NCBI GenBank assembly: GCA_902772915.1
Contig: CACYCE010000004.1
Coordinates: forward strand, 10,746-74,745
DNA from: an uncultured Erysipelotrichaceae bacterium
GTDB lineage: Bacteria; Bacillota_I; Bacilli_A; RFN20; CAG-288
Direction: 5' to 3'
Length of the DNA: 64,000 bases
Shown: positions 37,541 to 47,802 of the stretch, in pieces
Position numbering within the stretch: position 1 is the stretch's first letter
How the letters are laid out: the number at the start of each line of letters is the position of its first letter
The notes under the pieces: model-generated
What the model saw: only the letters and a program-made list of their open reading frames with translations
Databases searched by the model: none
What the model was told of the DNA's origin: nothing
Program-made: the position numbers and the translations under genes

Positions 37541-37592
37541 AGTCTAATTTTTTGGCTTTTAATTAACCTCCCCATACAAAGGAGGATTTTTT

Positions 37593-38141
37593 ATGGGGAA
37601 AAATAAGCTTATTTATCGAATGAGCATCGATGCGATGTTGATTGCTATTTATTTCGTTTTAGCTAAATTTACTATTCCTATAGGAAATATTAGAATCACA
37701 TTTGCAACTATTGCTATTATTATTCCCGCTTTATTATTTTCTATTCCTGATACTTTAGTTATCGCTCTATTAGGAGAATTTATCATTCAATGGACAGGAA
37801 TATACGGATTAACTATCACTACACCCTTATGGTTAGTCCCTCCTGCAATAAGAGGACTGATTATTTCTACTATCGCTTACGTTTATAAAAAGGGAGAAGA
37901 TAGATTAGAAAATCACAAGGTTGTATATTCTATAACTGTTATAAGTGCGGCTATAATCACTACAGTATTAAATACATTAGTAATGTTCTTAGATGCTATT
38001 ATCATCGGTTATCCTTTTGAATTTGTCGTAGTAGAGACAATTATAAGAGCTGCTGTAGGTATAGGAACATCTATAGTTATAGGCGTAATTTGTATACCTA
38101 TTGTCTACGCCTTAAATAAGGCTTTAAAACTTCCTTCATAA
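37593..38141 (+). CDS. folT: Folate ECF transporter S component
   Basis: Six hydrophobic segments with an ECF S-component pattern; preceded by the THF riboswitch. Confidence 0.8.
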   Translation: MGKNKLIYRMSIDAMLIAIYFVLAKFTIPIGNIRITFATIAIIIPALLFSIPDTLVIALLGEFIIQWTGIYGLTITTPLWLVPPAIRGLIISTIAYVYKKGEDRLENHKVVYSITVISAAIITTVLNTLVMFLDAIIIGYPFEFVVVETIIRAAVGIGTSIVIGVICIPIVYALNKALKLPS

Positions 38142-38146
38142 TGTTA

Positions 38147-38174
38147 AAAGACGGCCTCTAGATAGACCGTCTTT
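38147..38174. terminator. Bidirectional terminator between folT and smpB
   Basis: AAAGACGG-loop-CCGTCTTT between convergent genes. Confidence 0.8.
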
Positions 38175-38178
38175 AATT

Positions 38179-38637
38179 TTAATAGCGAGTATTTTCTTTG
38201 AGCTTTCTTTGAATATCTCTATTTTTAATCGTCTCTCTTTTATCGATGGCGCTTTTTCCTTTGCCGATAGCGATTTCTAATTTAGCTTTACCTTTATGGA
38301 GGTAACATTTAGTAGGAACGACAGTGATACCTTCTTTTTTTACGGCTTGTTGAAGCTTTCTAATTTCTTCTTTATGCAAGAGAATTTTTCTTTCTCTTTT
38401 AGGTTCGTGGTTGAAGATATTACCTTCTTTATAGATAGATATATCCATATTTTCTATAAAAGCTTCACCTTTTTTAAAAGCGATATAAGAATCAGAAAGA
38501 GAACAGTGGCCTTGACGGAGAGACTTAATTTCTGTTCCAAGCAAAACTAAACCCGCTTCCGTAAAATCGGATAGAAAGTAGTTAAAGTGAGCTTTTCTAT
38601 TGGTGGCGATTATTTTATCGTTCTCTTTATTTTTCAT
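38179..38637 (-). CDS. smpB: SsrA-binding protein
   Basis: NRKAHFNY, EAGLVLLGTEIKSLR, RKILLHKEEI, DKRETIK. Confidence 0.97.
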   Translation of the reverse strand: MKNKENDKIIATNRKAHFNYFLSDFTEAGLVLLGTEIKSLRQGHCSLSDSYIAFKKGEAFIENMDISIYKEGNIFNHEPKRERKILLHKEEIRKLQQAVKKEGITVVPTKCYLHKGKAKLEIAIGKGKSAIDKRETIKNRDIQRKLKENTRY

Positions 38638-38640
38638 TGA

Positions 38641-41046
38641 TTAATAGTGAATCTTTCTAGAATTGTTCTTTTTGGAGTTCTTAGATGAACTTCTAGATTT
38701 ATTATAAGAGGATTTATTTCCTTTATTGTGAGAAGATTTATGACCTCTACCTTTTTTTAAGGAGTAAGAAGATTCTTCTTCTCTTAATTTCTTCTTGTAA
38801 GAAGATGATCTTCTACCTTTACCAAAAGAGGAATTGTGTTTAGGTCTATAAGAAGATGAAACAGCTTTAGATTTATTTCTAGAATGCTTAATTCTAGAAT
38901 TGTCAGGGTCAAAATCTTCTTCCTCTTGGTATAAAGGTAAGAAATTTTGAGTAGTCTCTAAATATTTCTTGGTTTCTTGAGTAATAGCGAAGATTGTCTT
39001 AGATTCTAAAGAAACCTTAGAAGGGTAGACTTCTAATTTGTTACCTAATCTGAAGAAGAAATATGATCCATTTTCATCTCTGAATTCAGATTGAATATCA
39101 AAGTGAGATTCAGAATAAACCCATCTTTTTGAAGGGTCGATATCTTTAATTAAGACAGTAACTTCAATTCCATTAGCCAATTGGCAGTATAAGCCTTTAG
39201 GGGAAATGCCAATTACTACAGCATCGTATTTCTCGCCTAAGTGATTTTGCATGTATTTACACGCTTCTAAATCATCGACTTCACGTTCGATATTCGTAGC
39301 TCTTCTTTCACAAGCGGAAGTGTAGACCCCTAAATTAACTAAGCGGTTGTACTCTCTGTTATAAGAGAACTCCTTATTGTTAATTACGTAATCTCTAATT
39401 GCTCTATGAACAATTAAATCGGGATATCTTCTAATAGGGGAAGTGAAGTGAAGGTAATTATCTTCGGCTAAACCGAAATGTCCGGTGTTATCAGGAGAGT
39501 ATTTAGCTTTAGCTAAAGATCTAAGCAAGAAACCCGAGACAGCAAATTTCAAATCTTCATCTTCAATAGTGTTATACCAGTGAGATAGAGACTGAGAATT
39601 GATGATAGCGGGGAAAGTCTTGATTAAACGTAAATTTCTCAAATACTGTTTAAACAACTCAATTTTCTCGGAAGGGGGATTATCGTGAACTCTATACAAA
39701 GCAGGTATACCCCTTTCAGTTAAGAATTTAGCGACTTCTACATTGGCGATAATCATTAAATCTTCGATTAACATCTCGCCTCTACCTTGAACTCTTTTAA
39801 CTACATCAATAGGGAAATTGTTTTCATCTAAAACAAATTTCAATTCGGTAGATTCTAATTCAAGGGCACCTTGTCTTAATCTTCTTTTTCTAATTCTAGT
39901 TGTAGCTTCTTCTAAGATGAATAAGGAATTTTTAATTTCGTCAGGAATATCAGTTTCTTTTTGAGCGAATAAATCGTTAACTTGTTTATAGGTTAATCTC
40001 GCTTTAGAATTGATGACACCTTGATGAATAGAAGAAGAATAGACTTGACCGTAATTATCAACTTTCATAATTACTGCCATTACACATCTATCAACGTGAG
40101 GATTTAATGAACAGATACCATTAGATAATTCCGTAGGTAACATAGGGACGACTCTATCTGCTACATAGATGGAAGTTCCTCTTTTTAAAGCTTCTTCATC
40201 AATAGGAGTATTAGGAGTTACATAATAAGAAACATCAGCGATATAGACTCCTATCTCATATCCGTTGCGAATTCTTTTGATAGAGATAGCATCATCGAAA
40301 TCTAAGGCGTCTTCACCATCGATTGTCACTATAGTTTCTTTTCTGTAATCTTCTCTATTTTCATAGTCTTTAATAGAGAGTTCAGTTTCGATATTTTTAG
40401 CTTGCTCTAAAACTTCTTTAGGGAAGATTAAAGGCGCGTCGTTAGAAGCGATAATAGATGAAATGTCGTTTCCAATATCATCTTTACCCGTTAAAACTTC
40501 GATAAATGTCGTTTTTATATTTTTGATATCGTAAGAATCAACTTTGACTTTAACAATATCTCCTTGAGAGACATCTTCAGGAACTTCATTTACGACAATA
40601 TCGATTTTTGTTCCTTCGGTTTGTTTGCAATCTAAAAGATATTCCCCGTTGTATTTCATTCTTAAAATACCGGAGAAGGTTGATTTTCTTTTATATAAAC
40701 CAACGATAGTCCCATTGTTCCAGTGATCGACTTGGAAATAGACTTTATCAGAGACGATGTAACCATCTAAAGAAGGTCCACTAACTCTGATATCTTCATT
40801 TTTAGAATAAGAACCTATTTTTTGAATGTAGGCGAAATTATCTTTTCTTAAAACGATTGTACCTAAATTGACTTTGGCCACACTTGTTAACATGACGCCT
40901 TTAAGAGTATCTAAAATCAATCCGCTCTCGTAATAGATTTCTAATTCCTTATTTAATTCTTCCATAGAAAGATTAAAGTGAGCTGCGAGATTAGTCTTAT
41001 TGTGACCACTTTGTGATAGATATTTAATTAATTCTTCTTTTTCCAT
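38641..41046 (-). CDS. rnr: Ribonuclease R
   Basis: TIDGEDALDFDDA, YIADVS, RVVPMLP, GHFGLA, HFTSPIRRYPDL, basic C-terminal tail; ATG 41046 after GGAG. Confidence 0.95.
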   Translation of the reverse strand: MEKEELIKYLSQSGHNKTNLAAHFNLSMEELNKELEIYYESGLILDTLKGVMLTSVAKVNLGTIVLRKDNFAYIQKIGSYSKNEDIRVSGPSLDGYIVSDKVYFQVDHWNNGTIVGLYKRKSTFSGILRMKYNGEYLLDCKQTEGTKIDIVVNEVPEDVSQGDIVKVKVDSYDIKNIKTTFIEVLTGKDDIGNDISSIIASNDAPLIFPKEVLEQAKNIETELSIKDYENREDYRKETIVTIDGEDALDFDDAISIKRIRNGYEIGVYIADVSYYVTPNTPIDEEALKRGTSIYVADRVVPMLPTELSNGICSLNPHVDRCVMAVIMKVDNYGQVYSSSIHQGVINSKARLTYKQVNDLFAQKETDIPDEIKNSLFILEEATTRIRKRRLRQGALELESTELKFVLDENNFPIDVVKRVQGRGEMLIEDLMIIANVEVAKFLTERGIPALYRVHDNPPSEKIELFKQYLRNLRLIKTFPAIINSQSLSHWYNTIEDEDLKFAVSGFLLRSLAKAKYSPDNTGHFGLAEDNYLHFTSPIRRYPDLIVHRAIRDYVINNKEFSYNREYNRLVNLGVYTSACERRATNIEREVDDLEACKYMQNHLGEKYDAVVIGISPKGLYCQLANGIEVTVLIKDIDPSKRWVYSESHFDIQSEFRDENGSYFFFRLGNKLEVYPSKVSLESKTIFAITQETKKYLETTQNFLPLYQEEEDFDPDNSRIKHSRNKSKAVSSSYRPKHNSSFGKGRRSSSYKKKLREEESSYSLKKGRGHKSSHNKGNKSSYNKSRSSSKNSKKNNSRKIHY

Positions 41047-41150
41047 AAAAAACACTCCTTTATCAATTTAAACGACAATCATTTTTCAAAGAATAACTTA
41101 TATATATTTAGAAAAGAAAAGAGGGAAATTCCCTCTAGAGAAACATACTT

Positions 41151-41384
41151 TTATTTGCCTATATAAGTGGCTAAGATAGCAAACAAGAAGAAGAGGATGC
41201 CAGCAATCATAGTTATGATTGAGATGATTTTATCTACGCCTCTTTCTTTAGTTTTAGCAAAGATGTTCATGCTGCTGCCACCAGTGATAGCGCCAGAAGC
41301 ACCTCTAGATTTAGGTCCAGTTAAAAGGGAGAGAATTATCAATACGAATGATAGTACTAACATAACGATTTCAAACGCACCCAT
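41151..41384 (-). CDS. secG: Preprotein translocase subunit SecG
   Basis: Two TM segments with a G-rich loop (SGAITGG, KERG); conserved secG-rnr-smpB order. Confidence 0.9.
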   Translation of the reverse strand: MGAFEIVMLVLSFVLIILSLLTGPKSRGASGAITGGSSMNIFAKTKERGVDKIISIITMIAGILFFLFAILATYIGK

Positions 41385-41482
41385 TTTAGCCTCCTAAATA
41401 ACGATGTATTGATTAAAAACACATCTTTGATATTTTATAATAAATACTTTTTAATTACAACTTAAATCAATTCAATTATTTC

Positions 41483-43402
41483 TCAAGCGTTTTTATCTAT
41501 ATGCTCAGAATTGTATTTCATAATAAAGGCTATAAATTCGTCTTTAGGAATGGCTTGTGAGTAATAGAAACCTTGAATATAATCGATTCCTACTTCTAAA
41601 AGAGCATCGACTTGTTCTTTTCTTTCTGCTCCTTCTTGCAAGACTTGAATCTTAGCTCCTTTAATCATGTTGATTACTGAATTATGTAATAAATTAGCTT
41701 TTTCATTTTCTTCAGCGTGATCTAAAAGTGACTTGTCTAATTTAATGATTTTGAAAGGTATTTGAACTAGATAATCAAAATTGGAATAGCCTGTTCCAAA
41801 ATCGTCTAAAGAGAAGTAGATACCATCTTCAGCAAATTTAGAAACGGTTGAACTGACGCTATTAATATTATTTATAACCGCTGATTCAGTAATTTCAAAA
41901 TTGATCATCGAAGGATCGATATTGTGCTCTTTAATCTTATTCGTGAATTTTTCGTAGAGTTTAATATCAATTATTTGGTAAGCAGAAAGATTGATTTCAA
42001 TATATTTAACACCTAATTTCTTCAAATCAGTTTCCTTAATTAATTTAAGGACATTTTCAAACATGATGTCTCCTAATTCAGTTATCTTGCCGGTTTTTTC
42101 TGCCACAGGAATAAATTCAGCAGGGGAGATGAATCCGTATTTAGAATCAAAAATTCTAGCTAGGGCTTCTGCAGAGTGGAAAGATTTAGTTTTAGAAGAA
42201 TAGATAGGTTGATAGAAAACTTCGATGCTTCTATTAGCTATAGCCCTTTCCAAAGCTTCTTCGATCTCCATTTCTCTTTCAATTCTATTTAAGATTTCTT
42301 TAGAGGTTTCATTTGAAGAAGTGTAAGGAGTATCAATCAACATCAAAATTTTTTCAACGGTGTCGATTGTAGAAGTATCAATCATGAAGACTTGATATTG
42401 GACTTCTGAAGCTGCATAAGTGAATTTAGAAGAAAGTTTATCTTTTACTAAATTTAAAATCTTCTCATAATCAGCTTTAACTGATAGTTGTAAACAGAAA
42501 CGCTGGTTATCTAAATCGAAAGCGCAAGTGCCGGGAATCCTATCTAGGAAATAACCTATTTCTCTAGTTATGGCGTGAACTTTATTTACCTCAGTGATTC
42601 TATTGTAGTAGCTGATATCTTTAAGTTTAATAACGATTAATTTGTAATTTTGTTTGAACTTTTTCATTCTTTTAGTTTCGAGAATGAAGTTGCGTCTATT
42701 ATAAATACCAGATATTGGATCTTTGGTTGAGGAACTTTCAATGGTGAAGACCATTAAAATTAAACAGCAAGAAGTGATAAATCCATCTAGCAAGATGCTA
42801 GGCTTCCAAACGGGGATAAGAATAGCAATAGATAAGCATACGGCATAGATTGAAACAATGATGTATTCACCTTTAGGTAAGAATTTACGATATACGAATG
42901 AAGCGATAATACCATAAATGAAATAACTTTCAATCGTACCATAGATGACATACATCAAAGGGCCACGAATGTAAGTTAATGAATCATCAATGTAGAAAGC
43001 TTTGTTGTGTATAGGGTTAGTAGCGATGATGGTTAGACAAGTTAGAACTGGTAGTAAAGCTATTATGTGAATAGGCTTTAAACGTGGCACTTTTCTGATA
43101 GCGAGAATTACGTAAGCTAACCACAAGAAAGGAGTTAAGCTTTTGAAGACGAAATAAATTGAATTTATTGCAAACAAATATGATTTATCGTAAATCACAT
43201 TGTAGAGTGTAGCGTTATTTAAAATGATATCTGCCCAAATATCAAAAGCACAGGCAAAAATATTTGACATAGTTAAAGGTATGAACATTTTACTGTGTTG
43301 AGTACGAATGTTTCTATTGGTGTAGATAACGAAGATTAGACAGAACAGGGAAATGACGATTCCAGCAATGTCGTACTGATAGATAAAGGGTATGTTAACC
43401 AT
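41483..43402 (-). CDS. Membrane-bound EAL-domain c-di-GMP phosphodiesterase with a degenerate GGDEF domain
   Basis: About seven N-terminal TMs; DPISGIYNRR without a GGDEF motif; EAL motifs YQP, EALAR, INLS, EITES, LDDFGTGYS, IKLDKS, EGAE, QGFYY. Confidence 0.92.
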   Translation of the reverse strand: MVNIPFIYQYDIAGIVISLFCLIFVIYTNRNIRTQHSKMFIPLTMSNIFACAFDIWADIILNNATLYNVIYDKSYLFAINSIYFVFKSLTPFLWLAYVILAIRKVPRLKPIHIIALLPVLTCLTIIATNPIHNKAFYIDDSLTYIRGPLMYVIYGTIESYFIYGIIASFVYRKFLPKGEYIIVSIYAVCLSIAILIPVWKPSILLDGFITSCCLILMVFTIESSSTKDPISGIYNRRNFILETKRMKKFKQNYKLIVIKLKDISYYNRITEVNKVHAITREIGYFLDRIPGTCAFDLDNQRFCLQLSVKADYEKILNLVKDKLSSKFTYAASEVQYQVFMIDTSTIDTVEKILMLIDTPYTSSNETSKEILNRIEREMEIEEALERAIANRSIEVFYQPIYSSKTKSFHSAEALARIFDSKYGFISPAEFIPVAEKTGKITELGDIMFENVLKLIKETDLKKLGVKYIEINLSAYQIIDIKLYEKFTNKIKEHNIDPSMINFEITESAVINNINSVSSTVSKFAEDGIYFSLDDFGTGYSNFDYLVQIPFKIIKLDKSLLDHAEENEKANLLHNSVINMIKGAKIQVLQEGAERKEQVDALLEVGIDYIQGFYYSQAIPKDEFIAFIMKYNSEHIDKNA

Positions 43403-43979
43403 ATTTTAGTAAGTAAATTTTACTCTAAGATATTAAAATAAGAAAATCTACGGTTATGTTATTCTCGCTTACTGCTGTTTTATATTAAAATATTCTCATT
43501 GTTTACCAGCAAGGTAATCTTAAACGCTTTTTAAAAATTGGATAAAAGTTGATTGATAAAGGCTGAAAGAGACTTAATTTGTTTTTTTTCGAACATTTGT
43601 AAAAAACCTCTAATTATAATTAAAGTGTTCTACTGATTTTAAAATAAAATTATTAGATAAAAATATCCTAATATTACCGGCTTTTAATCAATAACTATTG
43701 CGTAATATTTATAAGCGGGTTAAGTTGTTAAGTGCATTTTTGACATTTATTTGATGCTTATAATGATTGCTCAATAGAGATTGTTAGTCTTAAAAGCAAT
43801 GATATGGAAAGAATAGCTATGACAGATAGTCAGAAATCTATTAGGTTATTCTCATTTCTTAAACTGATATATTTTTATTTAAATTTATTTAAAAACTATA
43901 TTTGAAATCATTTGACATTGTGAGGGCGTTTATCATATAATTTCAGTTGCGCTATGGCGAGATAAGGAGAGTGAATATT

Positions 43980-44156
43980 ATGGCAGTACCCCCGCGTAGA
44001 ACTGGAAAGACCGCTAAGGCCCTTAGAAGATCACACATTAAATTAAATTCCGCTGCTTTAGTTGAATGCAGTAACTGTGGTGCGATGATTAAACCTCATC
44101 ACATCTGCCCTAAGTGTGGTTATTATAACGGCAAAAAAGTTGTCAACGTTAAGTAA
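43980..44156 (+). CDS. rpmF: 50S ribosomal protein L32 (Zn-binding form)
   Basis: ATG 43980 after AAGGAG; MAVPPRRT, CSNCG, HHICPKCGYY. Confidence 0.96.
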   Translation: MAVPPRRTGKTAKALRRSHIKLNSAALVECSNCGAMIKPHHICPKCGYYNGKKVVNVK

Positions 44157-44178
44157 TAACTTAATAAAAGAAATGATT

Positions 44179-44200
44179 GCTCGCATTAATGCGAGCTTTT
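44179..44200 (+). terminator. Terminator of rpmF
   Basis: GCTCGCA-TTAA-TGCGAGC plus T-run. Confidence 0.85.
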
Positions 44201-44265
44201 ATTTTTACTTTTTTGATGAAATTTAAATTAGATATTATATAATAACTAAGTCATATAAATTTATT

Positions 44266-45348
44266 ATGGAAAACGAAGAAAATAAAGAATTAGAAGAAAA
44301 CATTCCTATAACTGAAGAAGAGCAGTCTTACGTTCATCACTCTTATAAGAAAGTCCATCAAAATTATTATCAAAAGCAGAAAAATGTTGCTAAGGAATTT
44401 CTTTTAGACCATTCTAAATTAAAAACATCGTTAGATTGGACTTATTTGGTTCTAGCTACTTTGATTTCGGCTTTGTCCTTCGCTTATGGTTACAGATCGT
44501 TTACTGCTCCTGAAGGAGGGAAGTGGTTAGTATCAGGAGGGATTTCAGGTATCTCACAGATGATTTTAAGAATCTGTCAATTATGCGGATATAATGGACC
44601 TGAAAAGACCTTTACTTCCATTACTTATTACGCAATTAATTTTCCTTTGTTCTTTGTGTCATACAAATATATTGGAAAGAAATTCACCTTCCTTTCAGTT
44701 CTCAATGTCACCGCTTCTGCGCTCTTAATTCAATTTTTACCCGCTGAATGGTGCAACATATTCTCAACAATCTCAGGAGACTTTGTTGCCAGAGCTTTGT
44801 TTGCAGGCGTTTTAACTGGTATATCTTCGGGTCTAGCTTATTTTATAGGTTCTTCTACAGGTGGAGCCGACATTGTCACTTTCTCTATCGCTGAAAAGAA
44901 GGGGACTACTGTGGGTAAATACACTATCATCATGAATTTTACTACCGTCTTCTTATATACTATCTTCAACGGAATTAGATTACATCAGATTGGTGGTGAT
45001 GGATTTAGTGAAGTTTATTTATCTTTATACACTTTGATTTATTTCTTTACGTCCTCTAAGGTTATGGACTTAATCAACATTAAGAACAAGAAAGTTGAAG
45101 TAGAAATCAACACCTCCAACAAAGAATTAGCACAAATATTATTAAGAGTCTTTCCTCACGGTTTAACTATTGTTGATGCTGTAGGAGGCTATACTGGTAA
45201 AAAGAGAGAAATCTTAAAGATGGTCGTCTCTCAATCGGAAGTTAAAGAAGTTGTTAAAATCTGCCGTAAAGTTGATGAAGGTTGCTTTGTCGAAGTTAAA
45301 CCTTCCATTACAATCTTCGGAAGATTCTACACTAAACCAATGGATTAA
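44266..45348 (+). CDS. YitT family membrane protein with a DUF2179-like C-terminus
   Basis: SGGISG, INFPLF, SSTGGADI, TIVDAVGGYTG, D..CFV. Confidence 0.9.
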   Translation: MENEENKELEENIPITEEEQSYVHHSYKKVHQNYYQKQKNVAKEFLLDHSKLKTSLDWTYLVLATLISALSFAYGYRSFTAPEGGKWLVSGGISGISQMILRICQLCGYNGPEKTFTSITYYAINFPLFFVSYKYIGKKFTFLSVLNVTASALLIQFLPAEWCNIFSTISGDFVARALFAGVLTGISSGLAYFIGSSTGGADIVTFSIAEKKGTTVGKYTIIMNFTTVFLYTIFNGIRLHQIGGDGFSEVYLSLYTLIYFFTSSKVMDLINIKNKKVEVEINTSNKELAQILLRVFPHGLTIVDAVGGYTGKKREILKMVVSQSEVKEVVKICRKVDEGCFVEVKPSITIFGRFYTKPMD

Positions 45349-45363
45349 AAAGGAGTTTATAAA

Positions 45364-47037
45364 ATGCACACTATTGAAGAATTAGCAGAATTGATTTTCC
45401 CTGATGTTAAATTAACCATCGCGGATTTAGATAAAAAATATCCTGAAAGAAACCTTCCCGAAGGAGCGGAAGTCACTCGTTTTGCCCCTTCTCCTACCGG
45501 CTTTTTACACACTGGCTCACTATTTACATCGATGGTTTCTTCTAAAGTTGCTAACCAGTCAGGAGGTGTTTTCTTCATGCGTCTAGAAGACACCGATCAA
45601 AAAAGAGAAATCGAAGGTAGTGGCGATGAATTAATCACGCAAATGAAGACATTTGGCATCATTCCTGATGAAGGATATTTAGGTACTTCTAAAGAAAAAG
45701 GTCAATACGGACCTTACACCCAATCTCAAAGAAGAGATATCTACAGAGTTTGTATTAAAGAATTGATGTTAAAAGGTAGAGCATATCCTTGTTTCTGCAC
45801 CGCTGAAGAATTGGATTTATTAAGACAAACTCAAACTGCAAATAGAGTAGTTCCTGGATATTATGGTGAATATGCTAAATGCCGCTATTTAACTATCGAT
45901 GAAGCTTACGACAATATCGTTAAAGGTCTTCCTTACGTCATCAGATTTAAATCTAACGGTAACCATATGAATTTCATTAAAGTTCACGATGAAATTAGAG
46001 GAGATTTACGTCTACCTGAAAATGACCAAGATATCGTTATTATGAAAGGTGATGGTTTACCTACTTATCACTTTGCTCACGCTTGCGATGACCACTTTAT
46101 GCACTCTACTGTTATTACTAGAGGTGAAGAGTGGATTGCTTCTTGGCCTATCCACATCGAACTTTTCTCCGCTTTAGGTTTTAAAGCTCCTAAATATGCA
46201 CATTTACCTGTCATCATGAAATTAGATGAAGGTAACAAGAGAAAATTATCAAAGAGAAAAGATCCTGAAGCTGCAGTTAGTTACTTTATTGAGCAAGGTT
46301 ATCCTGCTGAAGGTTTAATTAAATATTTGATGACAATCGCTAATTCTAATTTTGAAGAATGGTTGATTGCTAATCCTAAAGAAGACATTTCTAATTTTAA
46401 ATTTGCTTTTAATAAAATGTCACTCGATGGTGCTTTATTCGATATTCAAAAAGTCGCTTACATCTGCAAAGAGACTTTAGCTTACTATCCTAAAGAGAAG
46501 ATTGCTGCTGAAGCTAAGAAGTGGGCGGAAGTCTATTCAAAAGATTTATTAGATTTAATCAATAGAGATTACAAGAAATTTGAAGATATCTTAAATATTG
46601 AAAGAGAGACTGAAAAGCCTAGAAAAGATTATGAAAAATATTCTGATATCTTAGATAAGATTAAATTCTTCTATCAAGATGAATATCTTAAATTGTTAGA
46701 GGAAAATAAAAATAATTTGCCTTTCCCCAACATTCCTAAAGAAGATATTATTTCTATAATTGAAGATTTCAAAATTAACAATGATTATTCTTTAGATGAA
46801 TCTACTTGGTTTAATTCCTTGAAAGAATTAGGCGTTAAACACGGCTTTGCTGAATCTTTTAAGATTTATAAGAAAGATAAAGAATCTTACAAAGGTCACG
46901 TAGGAGATGTCGCTTCTATTATTAGAGTTAGTTTAACTACTTCTTCTCAATCTCCTAACTTATATGCTATTCTTCACATTTTAACTAAAGAAGAAATCAA
47001 CGCTAGATTCGATAAAATATTGGAGTTATTAAAATAA
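45364..47037 (+). CDS. gltX: Glutamate--tRNA ligase
   Basis: RFAPSPTGFLHTGS, RLEDTDQKRE, YPCFC, PTYHFA, RGEEW, KLSKR. Confidence 0.96.
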   Translation: MHTIEELAELIFPDVKLTIADLDKKYPERNLPEGAEVTRFAPSPTGFLHTGSLFTSMVSSKVANQSGGVFFMRLEDTDQKREIEGSGDELITQMKTFGIIPDEGYLGTSKEKGQYGPYTQSQRRDIYRVCIKELMLKGRAYPCFCTAEELDLLRQTQTANRVVPGYYGEYAKCRYLTIDEAYDNIVKGLPYVIRFKSNGNHMNFIKVHDEIRGDLRLPENDQDIVIMKGDGLPTYHFAHACDDHFMHSTVITRGEEWIASWPIHIELFSALGFKAPKYAHLPVIMKLDEGNKRKLSKRKDPEAAVSYFIEQGYPAEGLIKYLMTIANSNFEEWLIANPKEDISNFKFAFNKMSLDGALFDIQKVAYICKETLAYYPKEKIAAEAKKWAEVYSKDLLDLINRDYKKFEDILNIERETEKPRKDYEKYSDILDKIKFFYQDEYLKLLEENKNNLPFPNIPKEDIISIIEDFKINNDYSLDESTWFNSLKELGVKHGFAESFKIYKKDKESYKGHVGDVASIIRVSLTTSSQSPNLYAILHILTKEEINARFDKILELLK

Positions 47038-47693
47038 TGTTCTGCGCTAATTTTAAGCCTTCAATAAAGAATAGCTTATTTTCTTTCTTATCGTACGCGG
47101 TCTTGTTAGTGGGTTTTATTTTATCTTTAAGATACGGTTCAACTTTCATGACTAACGATCTTCATTATTTGGTTTGGCCGCAATTAGCTATTATGATTTG
47201 TTTCTTGTTTGCAGATTTCTATCCTTACAAGACTCAAAGACCTAAAGATGTTGTTAAAAGAATTGGATTCTTCTTGGAATTTATTCATTTCATCGGATTA
47301 TCGGCAAGATGCGCTAGTCAAGCCAACACTTATTTTGATAATTCAGGTAAATTTAATTATTCACTTCTAGTTATCAATTGGATCATATTTGCTGTCTCTC
47401 TAGTTTTCTTAGTCTGCGTTTTAGTCGGATTTGTTCTAACTGATTCTGGTAAGAAAGAACCAGATATGTCTAAATTCTTAAAATCCGCTTCCTTAGCAGT
47501 CATGATTCTAACTTTGTTATCTAACGCTTTGGAATTTGCAGCTATCAGCACTGGTAAATTAGATGAAATGCTCCTATCTGAATATATATCTTGCGTAATC
47601 GCTATGGATTTAGAAGCCTTGTTCTTCTATTTCTTTACCGATTCGTTAATCGAAGTAAAAGACAATACAGAAGATAAAGTCTCGAACAATTAA
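47037..47693 (+). CDS. Hypothetical 6-TM membrane protein, translationally coupled to gltX
   Basis: TAATG overlap with the gltX stop; six hydrophobic segments. Confidence 0.7.
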   Translation: MFCANFKPSIKNSLFSFLSYAVLLVGFILSLRYGSTFMTNDLHYLVWPQLAIMICFLFADFYPYKTQRPKDVVKRIGFFLEFIHFIGLSARCASQANTYFDNSGKFNYSLLVINWIIFAVSLVFLVCVLVGFVLTDSGKKEPDMSKFLKSASLAVMILTLLSNALEFAAISTGKLDEMLLSEYISCVIAMDLEALFFYFFTDSLIEVKDNTEDKVSNN

Positions 47694-47802
47694 GCTCGAG
47701 ACTTTTTCTTCTTTTTATCTTGCCCTTGAGGAACTTTAGTTCCATCGCTTTTGATTCTTATTAGAGGGCGAGAAATTACTTTGTCAGTTTTCTTTTTCAT
47801 AT

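Noticed and set aside
43811-43851. Stem-loop upstream of rpmF considered as a fluoride or c-di-GMP riboswitch
   Set aside because: It lacks the conserved cores of either family and lies upstream of the likely rpmF promoter (TTGACA near 43912).
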